DNA of 50,769 nucleotides from a virus (Duplodnaviria; Caudoviricetes): IMG/VR virus record IMGVR_UViG_3300011425_000005, positions 1 to 50,769 of that record; one strand, 5' to 3'. Shown piece by piece: positions 9,922 to 19,767 of this stretch (position 1 is its first letter; each line of letters starts with the position of its first letter). The notes under the pieces were generated by a model. It saw only the letters and a program-made list of their open reading frames with translations, ran no database searches and was not told where the DNA came from. The position numbers and the translations under genes were made by a program.

Positions 9922-10563
9922 ATGCCAATGACATATACAAGTTTGTACAACAGCATTGAAGTCTACCTTGCTAGATCAGATGCATCTACTCTTGCAAAAA
10001 TTCCTCAATTTATTGAACATGCACAATATGATTTAAACAATGAGTGTAAGACAATAGGTCAAGAGGAGTACATTGTATCTACATTTATTCCAGGAATCGA
10101 TGTTTATCAAAAGCCAATTGGATGGAGAAGAAATATTTCAATAAATGTGGGTTCAGGAACAACATTTAATGATAGAAATATTTTAGATTTTGGAACATAC
10201 GAATATTTGAGGATTTATACGCCAAATCCTTCAGACAATACAAAATGGTCATTACCTAAATTCTATGCGGATTATGGATTTTTAAATTATCTTGTCGCTC
10301 CAGTTCCAGATTTGGCATATCCATTTGAACTTTGTTATATGAAGGTTCCAGATTTAATTTCAGACCAAAATCAAACTAATTGGTGGACTAATTTTTCACC
10401 TAACGTACTATTTAGTGCTTGCATGGCACAAGCGCACACCTTTTTGGAAAATTATGACAAGGCTGCTTTTTATAAGGCACAAACAAAAGAAGGTACTGAC
10501 AAAATTAATGCAGAAAGTGAATTACGAACAGTAGATAGGTCTAGCGTGAGGCAGGTTGATTAA
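9922..10563 (+). CDS. Tail tubular protein A / adaptor-like
   Basis: MTYTSL...IPQFIEHA, PKFYA, VAPVPDLAYPFELCY motifs; precedes nozzle. Confidence 0.65.
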   Translation: MPMTYTSLYNSIEVYLARSDASTLAKIPQFIEHAQYDLNNECKTIGQEEYIVSTFIPGIDVYQKPIGWRRNISINVGSGTTFNDRNILDFGTYEYLRIYTPNPSDNTKWSLPKFYADYGFLNYLVAPVPDLAYPFELCYMKVPDLISDQNQTNWWTNFSPNVLFSACMAQAHTFLENYDKAAFYKAQTKEGTDKINAESELRTVDRSSVRQVD

Positions 10564-12473
10564 TGGCTAATGCAGATAACATTTTTCCTTTAGCTTGTAA
10601 CCCTGGAATACAGAGGGATGGCACTACATTGGATTCTGATAACTATATCGATGGCCAATGGTGCAGATTCACTGGTAGAAGGGGTCGCCCTCAGAAAATG
10701 GGTGGCTATAGAAAAATGTTTGCTCATGTAGGAAATATTCCACGTGGAATATTCGTAGTTCCAAGTTCACCACTTCCACATATTTATATTGGAGATGCTA
10801 CTAGCGTAAAATATTACCCAACTGACAAAACAACGGGTCTTGTTGCAGGCCCACCAGTTGATAGAACTCCTGCATTGTTTAATGCTAATACTGATAACCT
10901 TTGGTCTTTTGACTTAATGTTTGATGCTAATTCTGACTCAAGCATTATTATTGCATCTGCACCTAAAAATCTATATTCAATTGAGCAAGAAGTTGAAGCT
11001 CCAATTTATTATGGTAAAACTGATTCAAATGACCAATTGATTGAAACTGGGTTTTATGCAAGCGGCGGATTTGTCATGTTACATCCAATACTATTTATAT
11101 TTGGAAATGATGGATTTGTTTCATATACTCAACCAAATGATCCAACTACAGTTCTAAATACAGCTCGCGTAGCAGGAACAAAAATAATTGCAGGAAGATC
11201 TACTAGGGGTGGACAAAACTCACCTGCAGGACTTCTTTGGAGCCTTGATAGTTTAATTAGAGTTTCTAATGTTGGCGCTTCAGAAATTGAATTTTCATTC
11301 GATACCATCTCTTCTTCTTGTACATTGTTATCTAGCAACGCAATTATACAATATAACTCTATGTTCTATTGGGTCGGAACAGACAATTTTTATATGTATA
11401 ACGGTGTAGTAACAATATGGCCAAATTCAATGTCTATTGATTATTTCTTTAAAAGATTGAACTTTTCTCAAAGACAAAAGGTTTGGTTAACTAAAAACAA
11501 AAGATATAATGAAATTTGGATACATTATCCATCTGGTTCAAGCTCAGAATGCGACAAGACATTAATATATAGCTCTGAATATGAAGTTTGGTACGACTCT
11601 TCAATTTCTAGAGGGTATGGGGTTTATAGTCAGATATTTGGAAGTCCTATTTGGATGGATAATACACCACAAATCGATACTATAAGAAACCTTGGGGGAA
11701 CTCCTTTCTCATCCCCTGGTGGTGTCGCAATCAATGCATTTGATGGCGATATCAATACAAGCTGTGCCCAATCTGGGCCTAATGGTTATATTTCATATAC
11801 GTGGGGTGCTGAAAATAAAATAATATCCGATTTAGGAATAATTTCTTTCATTAATGCGAACTATACGTTGAGAGCGCAATATTCATATGACGGCATCAAT
11901 TGGACTAATAATGATGTTTTGATTCTCCCAACTACAGCATTCCAACAAAATGTATTGCAATGGTTCTCGATACAAAATCCAGTGGCAGCACCTTATTTTA
12001 GAATCATAGAGACTGGAGGTTCCACTTTAAATATCGCTGAATTATATTTCAATAGTAAACAATATATAGTTTGGCAGCATGAAACAGATGTAGATCAAGT
12101 TATTGACGATGTACATACAGCAATTCCATCTCATTTTGAAATGAGCGTTATGTCTTGGGCGTCAAAAGGTCCAGGTGGGCAAAATACAGCAATGAATAAG
12201 ACCTTATTTCTATATAGCCTAGAGCCAGATTTTTTGCAGTCAGGTGATATGCAACTTATAGTTAAAGGACGAGAATTTGCCAATTCTCCTGTAACATCAT
12301 CAACACCATATATTTTTAACAATGATGTAAATTCTGTTAATTTTACAGAGAAAATAGATATTCGTGAGAAAAGAAGATTAATGACGCTTCGATTTGAAAG
12401 TAATAGTATCGAAGGTGATTATGAAATGGGTAGCTGCTTGTTAGTTCCAAGAGAGGGAGATGTAAGGGCATGA
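10563..12473 (+). CDS. Tail nozzle (P22 gp10 / tubular B-like) with inserted discoidin-like domain
   Basis: PGIQRDGT, DGQWCRF...PQKMGG, FYWVGTDNFYMYNG, NEIWIHYPS motifs; insert at 11685-12053. Confidence 0.75.
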   Translation: MANADNIFPLACNPGIQRDGTTLDSDNYIDGQWCRFTGRRGRPQKMGGYRKMFAHVGNIPRGIFVVPSSPLPHIYIGDATSVKYYPTDKTTGLVAGPPVDRTPALFNANTDNLWSFDLMFDANSDSSIIIASAPKNLYSIEQEVEAPIYYGKTDSNDQLIETGFYASGGFVMLHPILFIFGNDGFVSYTQPNDPTTVLNTARVAGTKIIAGRSTRGGQNSPAGLLWSLDSLIRVSNVGASEIEFSFDTISSSCTLLSSNAIIQYNSMFYWVGTDNFYMYNGVVTIWPNSMSIDYFFKRLNFSQRQKVWLTKNKRYNEIWIHYPSGSSSECDKTLIYSSEYEVWYDSSISRGYGVYSQIFGSPIWMDNTPQIDTIRNLGGTPFSSPGGVAINAFDGDINTSCAQSGPNGYISYTWGAENKIISDLGIISFINANYTLRAQYSYDGINWTNNDVLILPTTAFQQNVLQWFSIQNPVAAPYFRIIETGGSTLNIAELYFNSKQYIVWQHETDVDQVIDDVHTAIPSHFEMSVMSWASKGPGGQNTAMNKTLFLYSLEPDFLQSGDMQLIVKGREFANSPVTSSTPYIFNNDVNSVNFTEKIDIREKRRLMTLRFESNSIEGDYEMGSCLLVPREGDVRA

Positions 12474-12703
12474 TTATTCCAAAAAAAGGGGGTTCATTTA
12501 ATGAGTTTTCTTCATCCCTGATTATTGATTTTCCAAAGGATAATATTCCAATCTTTCAAGATGAGAAAGATTGGAGAAAATTTGGAAATATTTTAGTTCA
12601 AGAAAATTCTTTTTCAAAAAATGGGGCACCTTCTCCTAACGGGTTCAAAAATAGGACGCAATGGGAACAGGCACTTTTTCAATCAATGGCGTCTTATAAT
12701 TAG
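12470..12703 (+). CDS. Small tail-associated protein
   Basis: ATGA overlap with the nozzle gene; W-containing conserved pattern. Confidence 0.6.
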   Translation: MIIPKKGGSFNEFSSSLIIDFPKDNIPIFQDEKDWRKFGNILVQENSFSKNGAPSPNGFKNRTQWEQALFQSMASYN

Positions 12704-12714
12704 GAGATTTTTTT

Positions 12715-13992
12715 ATGGCAAGTTTTTTAGGTGGATTAGGTAATGCATTGTTGGGTGGGATAATGGGAGGAGGCGGCTCTGGCGGAGGCGGGGGCGGAAT
12801 ATTAAGTTCTCTTTTTGGAGGAGGAGGTGGTGGTAGTAGCGGAGGAGCTGGGGGTGGATTAGGTTCACTTTTTGGTGGAGGAGGCGCCTCTGGTGGTACA
12901 AGTGCTGGAGGTGGATTCGGTGGAATCTTAAGAACTCTTGCTCCAATTGCTGGAACTGCTCTTGGAACTTATTTTGGTGGACCTGCTGGTGGAATGATAG
13001 GTGGAAATCTTGCTGGTGCACTTGGTGATTCTTTGTTTGGTGGCGGATCAAGTCAACAACAACCTCAGCAACAGGGATATGGTCCTCAACAATCCTATGG
13101 AAATCAATTTGGAACATCAATTGGAAATGCTTTAAACCAGGGGTTTAATCAATATCTTCCTCAACAATTGCAAGGTCAAAACTTTTCAGATATGGGAGGT
13201 TCTATTGGTGGTTATCTTGGTGGTCAATTTGGTCATCCAAATGCTGGGAGAGCAATTGGAAATCTTCTAAATCCATTTCTTCAGAATGCAATGCCTGAAA
13301 GCATGAGAGGCCAACAAATGGGTAATTTTGGAGGATATTTAGGAAGTCAAGCTGGCCAAAGAATGGATAATGCATTTCAAAGCAGAGGCATGAATCCTTA
13401 TCAAACTCCTAATTATGGTCAAAATCAATTGCCTGATTATTCACAAGGTAGTTATGGAAACATTCCTGAAGCACCACCTTTTGACTTATATGATCAAGGT
13501 GCCGGTGGATATGGAAGTATTCCAGAGGCTCCACCTTTAGGAAATATAAATAGCAGTAGTGGACGTGGTGGATATTATGGTTCAACCAATCGTTCTAATT
13601 CTTATCCAATGCAAGAGCCTACTGCTGGTAGGGGTGCATTGTTAAATGATATTAGAAATTTTAGAAGAGGGTCATCTGCTCAACCACAATCTGGTTACGG
13701 TAATATTCCAGAGGCTCCTCCTTTTGATTTAGGTAGTAATCCTTCTAGAAGCTCTGGTGGGTATGGAATTAGATCAGGTGTAAGCAGACCTTCAAATATA
13801 TTCTCTGAATTTAGAGAGAGAGCAGCTCAACCTGGAATGGGTCTAAGGCCAACTCAGACAAGACCATCAAGTGCATATCCACAAAGTGGAGGCGATAGTA
13901 TGATGGATCTATTGAGAAACAGACTTGGAGATATTAGAGGCGCTGTTGCACCTAATGAATATCCTAGGAATTATACCGTAATGGGAGTTTAA
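12715..13992 (+). CDS. Gly-rich putative ejection protein with Pro-rich repeats and WH2-like motifs
   Basis: Glycine-zipper N-half; three YG(N/S)IPEAPP(F/L) repeats; GRGALLNDIRNFRRG; IFSEFR...GLRPT; AGGAG SD. Confidence 0.65.
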   Translation: MASFLGGLGNALLGGIMGGGGSGGGGGGILSSLFGGGGGGSSGGAGGGLGSLFGGGGASGGTSAGGGFGGILRTLAPIAGTALGTYFGGPAGGMIGGNLAGALGDSLFGGGSSQQQPQQQGYGPQQSYGNQFGTSIGNALNQGFNQYLPQQLQGQNFSDMGGSIGGYLGGQFGHPNAGRAIGNLLNPFLQNAMPESMRGQQMGNFGGYLGSQAGQRMDNAFQSRGMNPYQTPNYGQNQLPDYSQGSYGNIPEAPPFDLYDQGAGGYGSIPEAPPLGNINSSSGRGGYYGSTNRSNSYPMQEPTAGRGALLNDIRNFRRGSSAQPQSGYGNIPEAPPFDLGSNPSRSSGGYGIRSGVSRPSNIFSEFRERAAQPGMGLRPTQTRPSSAYPQSGGDSMMDLLRNRLGDIRGAVAPNEYPRNYTVMGV

Positions 13993-13994
13993 TT

Positions 13995-15410
13995 ATGCCA
14001 TATACACCTGAACAAGAAAGACTATTTGCAGCATGGGCAGCTAGAAATGCACAAATGTCTCAACCGGGATATTTTGGACATGCACCTGTAACTGCACAAC
14101 CAGTGCAGTTACCACCTGCACTAATGGATCAGCTTACACAAAGGCCCCCTACAGCTGCGGAACGTACTTTCATAAATCAAACAATTAATCCAAATTATGT
14201 AGAGCCTGCTCCGCATAAAAAAAAGAAAAAAAAAGGTCTTGGTAGGAGAGCATTAGAACTTCCTTTTAAAGCTGTTAGGGAAGTTGCAAAGCCTATAGTT
14301 AAAAATTTGCCAAAAGGTGTTCGAAATGCCTTACCAGCAATTGGCGCTATCGGAGGAACATTACTTGGAGGACCTTTAGGAGGGATGCTAGGGGGAGCTC
14401 TTGGTGGTTCAGCTAGAGGCGGAAGACACGTTCTGGATCGTAGCTTAGGTGGAGCAGCTATGGGAGGATTTGGAAGTCTTGCCCTTAGTGGATTAGGTGG
14501 TCTAGGCGGATTAGGGGCGGCCGGTGCTGGAGGTGCGGGAGGGCTTGGAGGTCTGGCTGGAGCTGGTGCTTCAGGTGCTGGTGCTGCCGGAGCTGGTGCA
14601 GCTTCTTCTGGTTTATTGGGAAGTAGTGGATTATTAAATTCACTTATTGGTGGCGGTGGTGGATTAGGAACTCTGTTAAATACAGGCCTATTAGCCACTG
14701 CAATAGGGGGCGGATTAAAAGCAAAGAAAAAGAAAGATCCGCGTGAGAGTGAAACGCTTCAGGATGCCATTGATAGATCAAGGGGTACAAAGAGAACTTC
14801 TACTAGTTCTGCTGATTGGAATAAACCATTAAGAAATAGGAATCCTATGAAGCAGCCTCCCAAAGAATATAGAGGAACTTATTGGAATTATTTTCCAACC
14901 CCACAAGAGCAGGAAGAGCAATTAAGAAGGGTAAATGAAGAAATAGCTCAAGAAATTCCTGGGGTAAACATAGTTAATGAAGAAGCACCTGATGGATATG
15001 CGCATGGTGGCTTTGTTGAAGATTACTATAATGGAAAAGATGGGGGACAATCTGACAAGCGTCTTGTTAAAGTTCGTCCAAAATCTTATATCGTTAACTC
15101 TACTACAGTTAGCTTAGCTGGAGATGGTAATTCAGAAAATGGTGCCAAAATGATAAAAAATTGGGCAAAAAGTTTTCAGAACGGTCATTTTTTCAATGAA
15201 GATAACAGAAGAGTCATGAAAGCTTATGTTTCTGATGGCGAATTAAAACTTCGTCCAGAAGAGGTAATGGGAATAGGTGATGGCGACATTGATAATGGAG
15301 TTAGAATTATTAAGAAAATGGAAAAAAGACTAAGGAAACACAAGGGTGTTAATAAGTTTTTACCACCTAAATCTAAATCATTGGATACCTACGCAGGTAT
15401 TAAGAGGTAA
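13995..15410 (+). CDS. Gly-rich internal virion/ejection protein
   Basis: Glycine zippers, poly-Lys tracts, C-terminal GG..G.DGGQSD / VSDGE module typical of podoviral internal proteins. Confidence 0.65.
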   Translation: MPYTPEQERLFAAWAARNAQMSQPGYFGHAPVTAQPVQLPPALMDQLTQRPPTAAERTFINQTINPNYVEPAPHKKKKKKGLGRRALELPFKAVREVAKPIVKNLPKGVRNALPAIGAIGGTLLGGPLGGMLGGALGGSARGGRHVLDRSLGGAAMGGFGSLALSGLGGLGGLGAAGAGGAGGLGGLAGAGASGAGAAGAGAASSGLLGSSGLLNSLIGGGGGLGTLLNTGLLATAIGGGLKAKKKKDPRESETLQDAIDRSRGTKRTSTSSADWNKPLRNRNPMKQPPKEYRGTYWNYFPTPQEQEEQLRRVNEEIAQEIPGVNIVNEEAPDGYAHGGFVEDYYNGKDGGQSDKRLVKVRPKSYIVNSTTVSLAGDGNSENGAKMIKNWAKSFQNGHFFNEDNRRVMKAYVSDGELKLRPEEVMGIGDGDIDNGVRIIKKMEKRLRKHKGVNKFLPPKSKSLDTYAGIKR

Positions 15411-15413
15411 ATT

Positions 15414-16268
15414 ATGCCATTTATAACGCAAGCTGAACTTAGTGAAATGCCTCAACCTGCTCAACAAATATATGTAGATTTGATGAGAAGATCTGCTATG
15501 TATGCTGATGAAGGTTTATATCCTACTGTATACCAAGGTGAGAGGATAGCAAAAATTCCAGATGAAATTAATCTTGCTCATAGAAATATTAGGAATGGCG
15601 GACTTGAAGGCGCTGAAATGAATTTAGCTCAAAATAGAATTAATCGAGCAATAAGTCCATTTCATGAAAATTATCAAGCATATATGAACCCATATCAGCA
15701 AGCCGTTTTGCAACAACTTGCTGAAGAAGGTTCCAGAAATTTTAATGAAAATATAATGCCAGCATTAGATGCAAGATTTACGAGACTTGGACAATTCGGG
15801 AGCACAAAGCACGCTAATTTAGGCCTTCGAGCTGCTAGAGATTTCCAAAAAGAATTATTAAGCAGACAGCAACAAGCATTACATTCAGGATATGAAAAAG
15901 GCGCCGATATATATAATACTCAACAAAACAGAACTATTGATGCTGCTACACAGTATGCGAATATAGCAAATGCAAAACAAGGAGCGAGAATGGCAGATGC
16001 TAATGCATTAGAGAATATTGGAAGATATAGACAGCAACAACAACAATCTATATTAGATACTCAATATCAAGAATACCTAAGGCAAATGGAAGAGCCAATG
16101 AGAAGATTAGAGCAACAAGCTGCAATATTGCATGGTGTTCCAAACTTTAGCAGTTCTACCACTCAATATAGAGAAACGCCACCAACTGCTCCAACTAGCG
16201 CCCCAAGTAATATTGGAAATATAGCTAGTTCACTTCTAGCAGCTAGATTAATGAGTGGAAGGCAATAG
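15414..16268 (+). CDS. DNA ejection/transfer protein
   Basis: YMNPYQQAV motif, Gln/Ala-rich helices, position in operon. Confidence 0.65.
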   Translation: MPFITQAELSEMPQPAQQIYVDLMRRSAMYADEGLYPTVYQGERIAKIPDEINLAHRNIRNGGLEGAEMNLAQNRINRAISPFHENYQAYMNPYQQAVLQQLAEEGSRNFNENIMPALDARFTRLGQFGSTKHANLGLRAARDFQKELLSRQQQALHSGYEKGADIYNTQQNRTIDAATQYANIANAKQGARMADANALENIGRYRQQQQQSILDTQYQEYLRQMEEPMRRLEQQAAILHGVPNFSSSTTQYRETPPTAPTSAPSNIGNIASSLLAARLMSGRQ

Positions 16269-16282
16269 ATTAGGAGTTACAT

Positions 16283-17464
16283 ATGGGTATGTTAGATGAT
16301 TTAGAAAAGATGATGATGCTTCAGCAAATGGAAGGTCAGCAACAAGGTCAAGGATATGATGCTTTTAATCAGCAGGCTCAAGCTATGCAACAACAGCCTC
16401 AGCCGCAAGGTATGCGGATTGGAAGTCCTTTAGAAAAAGGTTCAATGATGGCTGTTCAATCTGCTCGGGATTCAATAGCAGCTAAGAAACGTATGTTAGC
16501 TATGGATGATAACGAAAGTCAAAGGGCTTTGGGTAGAGCTATATTAGCAATGCGTGATTCCATGAACAATGATCCTAATTATGGAACTAGCACCATGGCA
16601 AATATTGCTGCTCTTGCGGGAGGAGCTGCTAACGGCATGATGAGTTATGACCAAGAAAGGGAAAGGATTGCAAATGCCAATAATGTTCTGCTATCACAAC
16701 AAATGGAAGAAGAGCGTTTAGCTAAACAACAAGAAATGCAAATGAAGCGAATGGCTCATGAAATGGAAATGGCTCAAAAAAATCTAAAGATTAATGAAGG
16801 ATATTTAGGTCTTAAAAGAGCAGAAAGGGAAGATGAATTAAATCAACATAAACAAATGTCTGAACATGGCGCAAAAATCCCACTATCCACTTTAGGAAAG
16901 AATCAATGGACTGCAGCTCAACATGAAATAAAATCAAACCTTGAACAAGGTGAATCAGCAAGGCAGGTTTTAGAATCTATTAGGGGCGCCAAGAAAATAC
17001 TACAAGAAGATCCTACTATTACTAAAAATATGAGCACAATCATGTTAGCTGCCCAAAGACATGATCCAACCATTGTAAGGCAGAAGTTAAATAGTGTATT
17101 TATACCAGAAGAAACTAGAGTTAGAGCAGAAATGCTTACTAAATATCTTTCTAATATATACACCTCTAAGCTTAAGGGAATGCCAGCACGAGGCATGAAT
17201 ATGTTTTTAGAAAAACAATTAAAAGAAGGAAATGTTGACATAAACCTGGATGCCAAATCAATCATTGGTCTTTTAAATGAAGATGAGCGAGTTTCTGAGC
17301 ATAAATATAAGAATGGCTTGGAAGTATATGATGAATATGAAAAAGGAAACTTCTATAGGCCTCCTCCTCTTAAAATTAGAGAAGATTCCGAAGAATCTAA
17401 AGGATCAGATAATGTTTCAGAATTTAGAGCGTTATTGAAAGCTCTCCAGGAAGCTAAGGAATAA
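16283..17464 (+). CDS. Internal virion/ejection protein
   Basis: Q/M-rich, coiled coil, position in operon. Confidence 0.6.
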   Translation: MGMLDDLEKMMMLQQMEGQQQGQGYDAFNQQAQAMQQQPQPQGMRIGSPLEKGSMMAVQSARDSIAAKKRMLAMDDNESQRALGRAILAMRDSMNNDPNYGTSTMANIAALAGGAANGMMSYDQERERIANANNVLLSQQMEEERLAKQQEMQMKRMAHEMEMAQKNLKINEGYLGLKRAEREDELNQHKQMSEHGAKIPLSTLGKNQWTAAQHEIKSNLEQGESARQVLESIRGAKKILQEDPTITKNMSTIMLAAQRHDPTIVRQKLNSVFIPEETRVRAEMLTKYLSNIYTSKLKGMPARGMNMFLEKQLKEGNVDINLDAKSIIGLLNEDERVSEHKYKNGLEVYDEYEKGNFYRPPPLKIREDSEESKGSDNVSEFRALLKALQEAKE

Positions 17465-17467
17465 ATA

Positions 17468-19765
17468 ATGGGAATTTCTAAAAGAGATATAGAAGCGCGT
17501 TTGAAACAAATGATTCAGGAAAATCCTGATCTGGCTAATGTCGCTAAAGAAGAAGCTCCTTTTTTATTAAATAATAGAGAAACGTCACCTGTATACAACA
17601 AAGAACAAAATGGTACCTCTTTAAAAAGATCTGAGATAGAATCTAGGCTTAAATCATTGATTGATAATAATCCTGAACTTGAATCAATAGCTAAAGAAGA
17701 GGCTCCATTTTTATTTGATACTCCAAGTAGAACAGGGCAATTCTCCAGAGGTCTTTTATCAGGAATTGGTTCAGGCATAGATATTAGTCAACCTGGAAGC
17801 CCATTAATGAATGATAGACCAGACCTATATGAAGATTTAGAAAAATATAAAGATTTAGGTGAAAATCCTACTCGAGAACAATTAATCAATACAGCGCTTA
17901 ATAAACCTGTAAGAATGGCTGAAGAACTTCCTGCCGCTTTAGGGTATGGAGAAGAATATGAGCCTGCTCAGAATGATACTACAGGTAAAGTATTGAACTT
18001 TGCTGGAGAGTTAATCGCTCCATCACCTGTTCTGCCTATGGCTGGCTATTCCGGAGTGGCAAAGGCAGCTGGAAAGGGTATAGGTGCAATTGGGAAAGCA
18101 TTGGGTAAAGAAGCTGCATTATCTGGCGCTTCTGCTGCCGCTATTAAGGCAACACCAAGGTTAACAGAAGAGGGAACAGGAGCTGGCGTTCTTGAAGATT
18201 TTGCAAAGGGTATGTTTGGAGTTAAAGCTGCAGATTCTCTAGTAAACAAAAATATTATTAAAACTCTTACGAGAGCCCCCAAAAATATGGCATTAGGCGC
18301 CTCAACCTTTATGGCAAAACCGAACGAAAAAGCTTTCGAATTGGCAAAAAAACACGATGTAACATTACCTTTTAATGTTGGGATGAGATCTAAGCCATCT
18401 AATTGGATTGCAAATAACTATCTTAAGTCTATATTCACATCTGGCGTTTATGAAGATTCTCTTAAAGAAGCCAATGAATCTATGGTAAATGCAGTTAAGC
18501 GCAATATTGATGAGTTAGGCACCTCTACTCTTAAACCATCTGAAGCTTCTGGTGAATTTAGAAGATTTATACAATCAGAGGAAAAATCAGCTGAAGAAGA
18601 AATAGGTAAGCTTTATGAGGAATCATCAAAACTTCTTAAAAAGAATGATACCGTTAAGCCAACTAATACTGCTAAATTCATATCTAATTTGGATGAAATG
18701 CTCAGTCGGGATATCCAATCACCAGCAACTAAAAAGGTTGCCAACATTGTTGGAACGCTTGCTGAAAGCTGGGGAATTTCACCTCCTGGAAAAACTTTAA
18801 AACAATTAGAAAACAATCCGAAACTTATTGAGGCATATTTAGGTCAATTCAGAAAGAATCTTCCAAGTATACCAGTTGAAAAACTTATAGGCATAAGAAA
18901 AGAGCTTGGAACTATTACGAATTTCGACCCAACCATCAAAGGTTCTGAAGCTTACCTTAATGGACTTAAATCAGTAATTGACAAAGACATAGAAAAAATG
19001 ACCAATAAAGAGTTCCTTTCTAAATGGAGAGAAGCAAATAGTGTATTTAAGAGTTCTGTTGCGGATAGATTTAGGGGAGATGTTGCCAGAAGCCTATTGG
19101 CTAATGAAATGCCTACGGAGGCATTTAGCCTTTTAAATTCTCCTGAAAATGTTAAAGAAATTGCAAAAATAGCTGGAAAATCTCAAAAATCTGAAGAAAT
19201 ATTTAATGCCCTTAAAAAGGCAAAGGTTAGAGAGATATTCTCAAACTCATTACAGGATGAATCTCTGCGAGTTTCTCCATTTATTAATATTTTTAATAAA
19301 AAAGAAAAAAATGTTGAGATTTTAGAATCATTAATGCCAAAGAAAACTGTTAATAACCTTTCTGAAATAGCAGAAATTGCAGAAGAATTTAAGCATGCTA
19401 ACCAAGAATTATTGAATACTTCTAGAACAGCATTAACGGCATCTGAAATAGCAAAAGCTGAGAAACTTACTAAAGGCGTTCTTTCGACGATATTTAATGG
19501 TGCAGTTGGGTCTAGTGTCGGCGCTATGGCTGGAATTGGAAGCGCTGGTGGAGCAGCTATTGGTATTGCGATGCCAAATCTTATATCTCGATTAGTTGCT
19601 AACCCTAAATTTGTAGATGCCGCTAGAGCCTATGCGCTAAATAGAAAAAATGGTCGTCAAACTCATGCTGACACAATTTTAAAGAGATTAATGAATATAA
19701 CCGATACTGAGCAAAGATTAATGGCAACCGAGCTCCGTTCCATGGATAAAAATGAAGGAGAGTAA
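17468..19765 (+). CDS. Large ejection protein (P22 gp16/gp20-like position)
   Basis: 765 aa, helical, C-terminal glycine zipper, duplicated N-terminal ~31-aa unit ending AKEEAPFL. Confidence 0.6.
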   Translation: MGISKRDIEARLKQMIQENPDLANVAKEEAPFLLNNRETSPVYNKEQNGTSLKRSEIESRLKSLIDNNPELESIAKEEAPFLFDTPSRTGQFSRGLLSGIGSGIDISQPGSPLMNDRPDLYEDLEKYKDLGENPTREQLINTALNKPVRMAEELPAALGYGEEYEPAQNDTTGKVLNFAGELIAPSPVLPMAGYSGVAKAAGKGIGAIGKALGKEAALSGASAAAIKATPRLTEEGTGAGVLEDFAKGMFGVKAADSLVNKNIIKTLTRAPKNMALGASTFMAKPNEKAFELAKKHDVTLPFNVGMRSKPSNWIANNYLKSIFTSGVYEDSLKEANESMVNAVKRNIDELGTSTLKPSEASGEFRRFIQSEEKSAEEEIGKLYEESSKLLKKNDTVKPTNTAKFISNLDEMLSRDIQSPATKKVANIVGTLAESWGISPPGKTLKQLENNPKLIEAYLGQFRKNLPSIPVEKLIGIRKELGTITNFDPTIKGSEAYLNGLKSVIDKDIEKMTNKEFLSKWREANSVFKSSVADRFRGDVARSLLANEMPTEAFSLLNSPENVKEIAKIAGKSQKSEEIFNALKKAKVREIFSNSLQDESLRVSPFINIFNKKEKNVEILESLMPKKTVNNLSEIAEIAEEFKHANQELLNTSRTALTASEIAKAEKLTKGVLSTIFNGAVGSSVGAMAGIGSAGGAAIGIAMPNLISRLVANPKFVDAARAYALNRKNGRQTHADTILKRLMNITDTEQRLMATELRSMDKNEGE

Positions 19766-19767
19766 TT

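Noticed and set aside
6787-12053. Diversity-generating retroelement TR/VR pair
   Set aside because: No reverse transcriptase; differences are not adenine-specific and many are synonymous; both copies are coding
14195-14698. Pro-rich 167-aa minus-strand ORF
   Set aside because: Antisense shadow of GGN codons in the Gly-rich gene 13995; the same applies to 12713-13120
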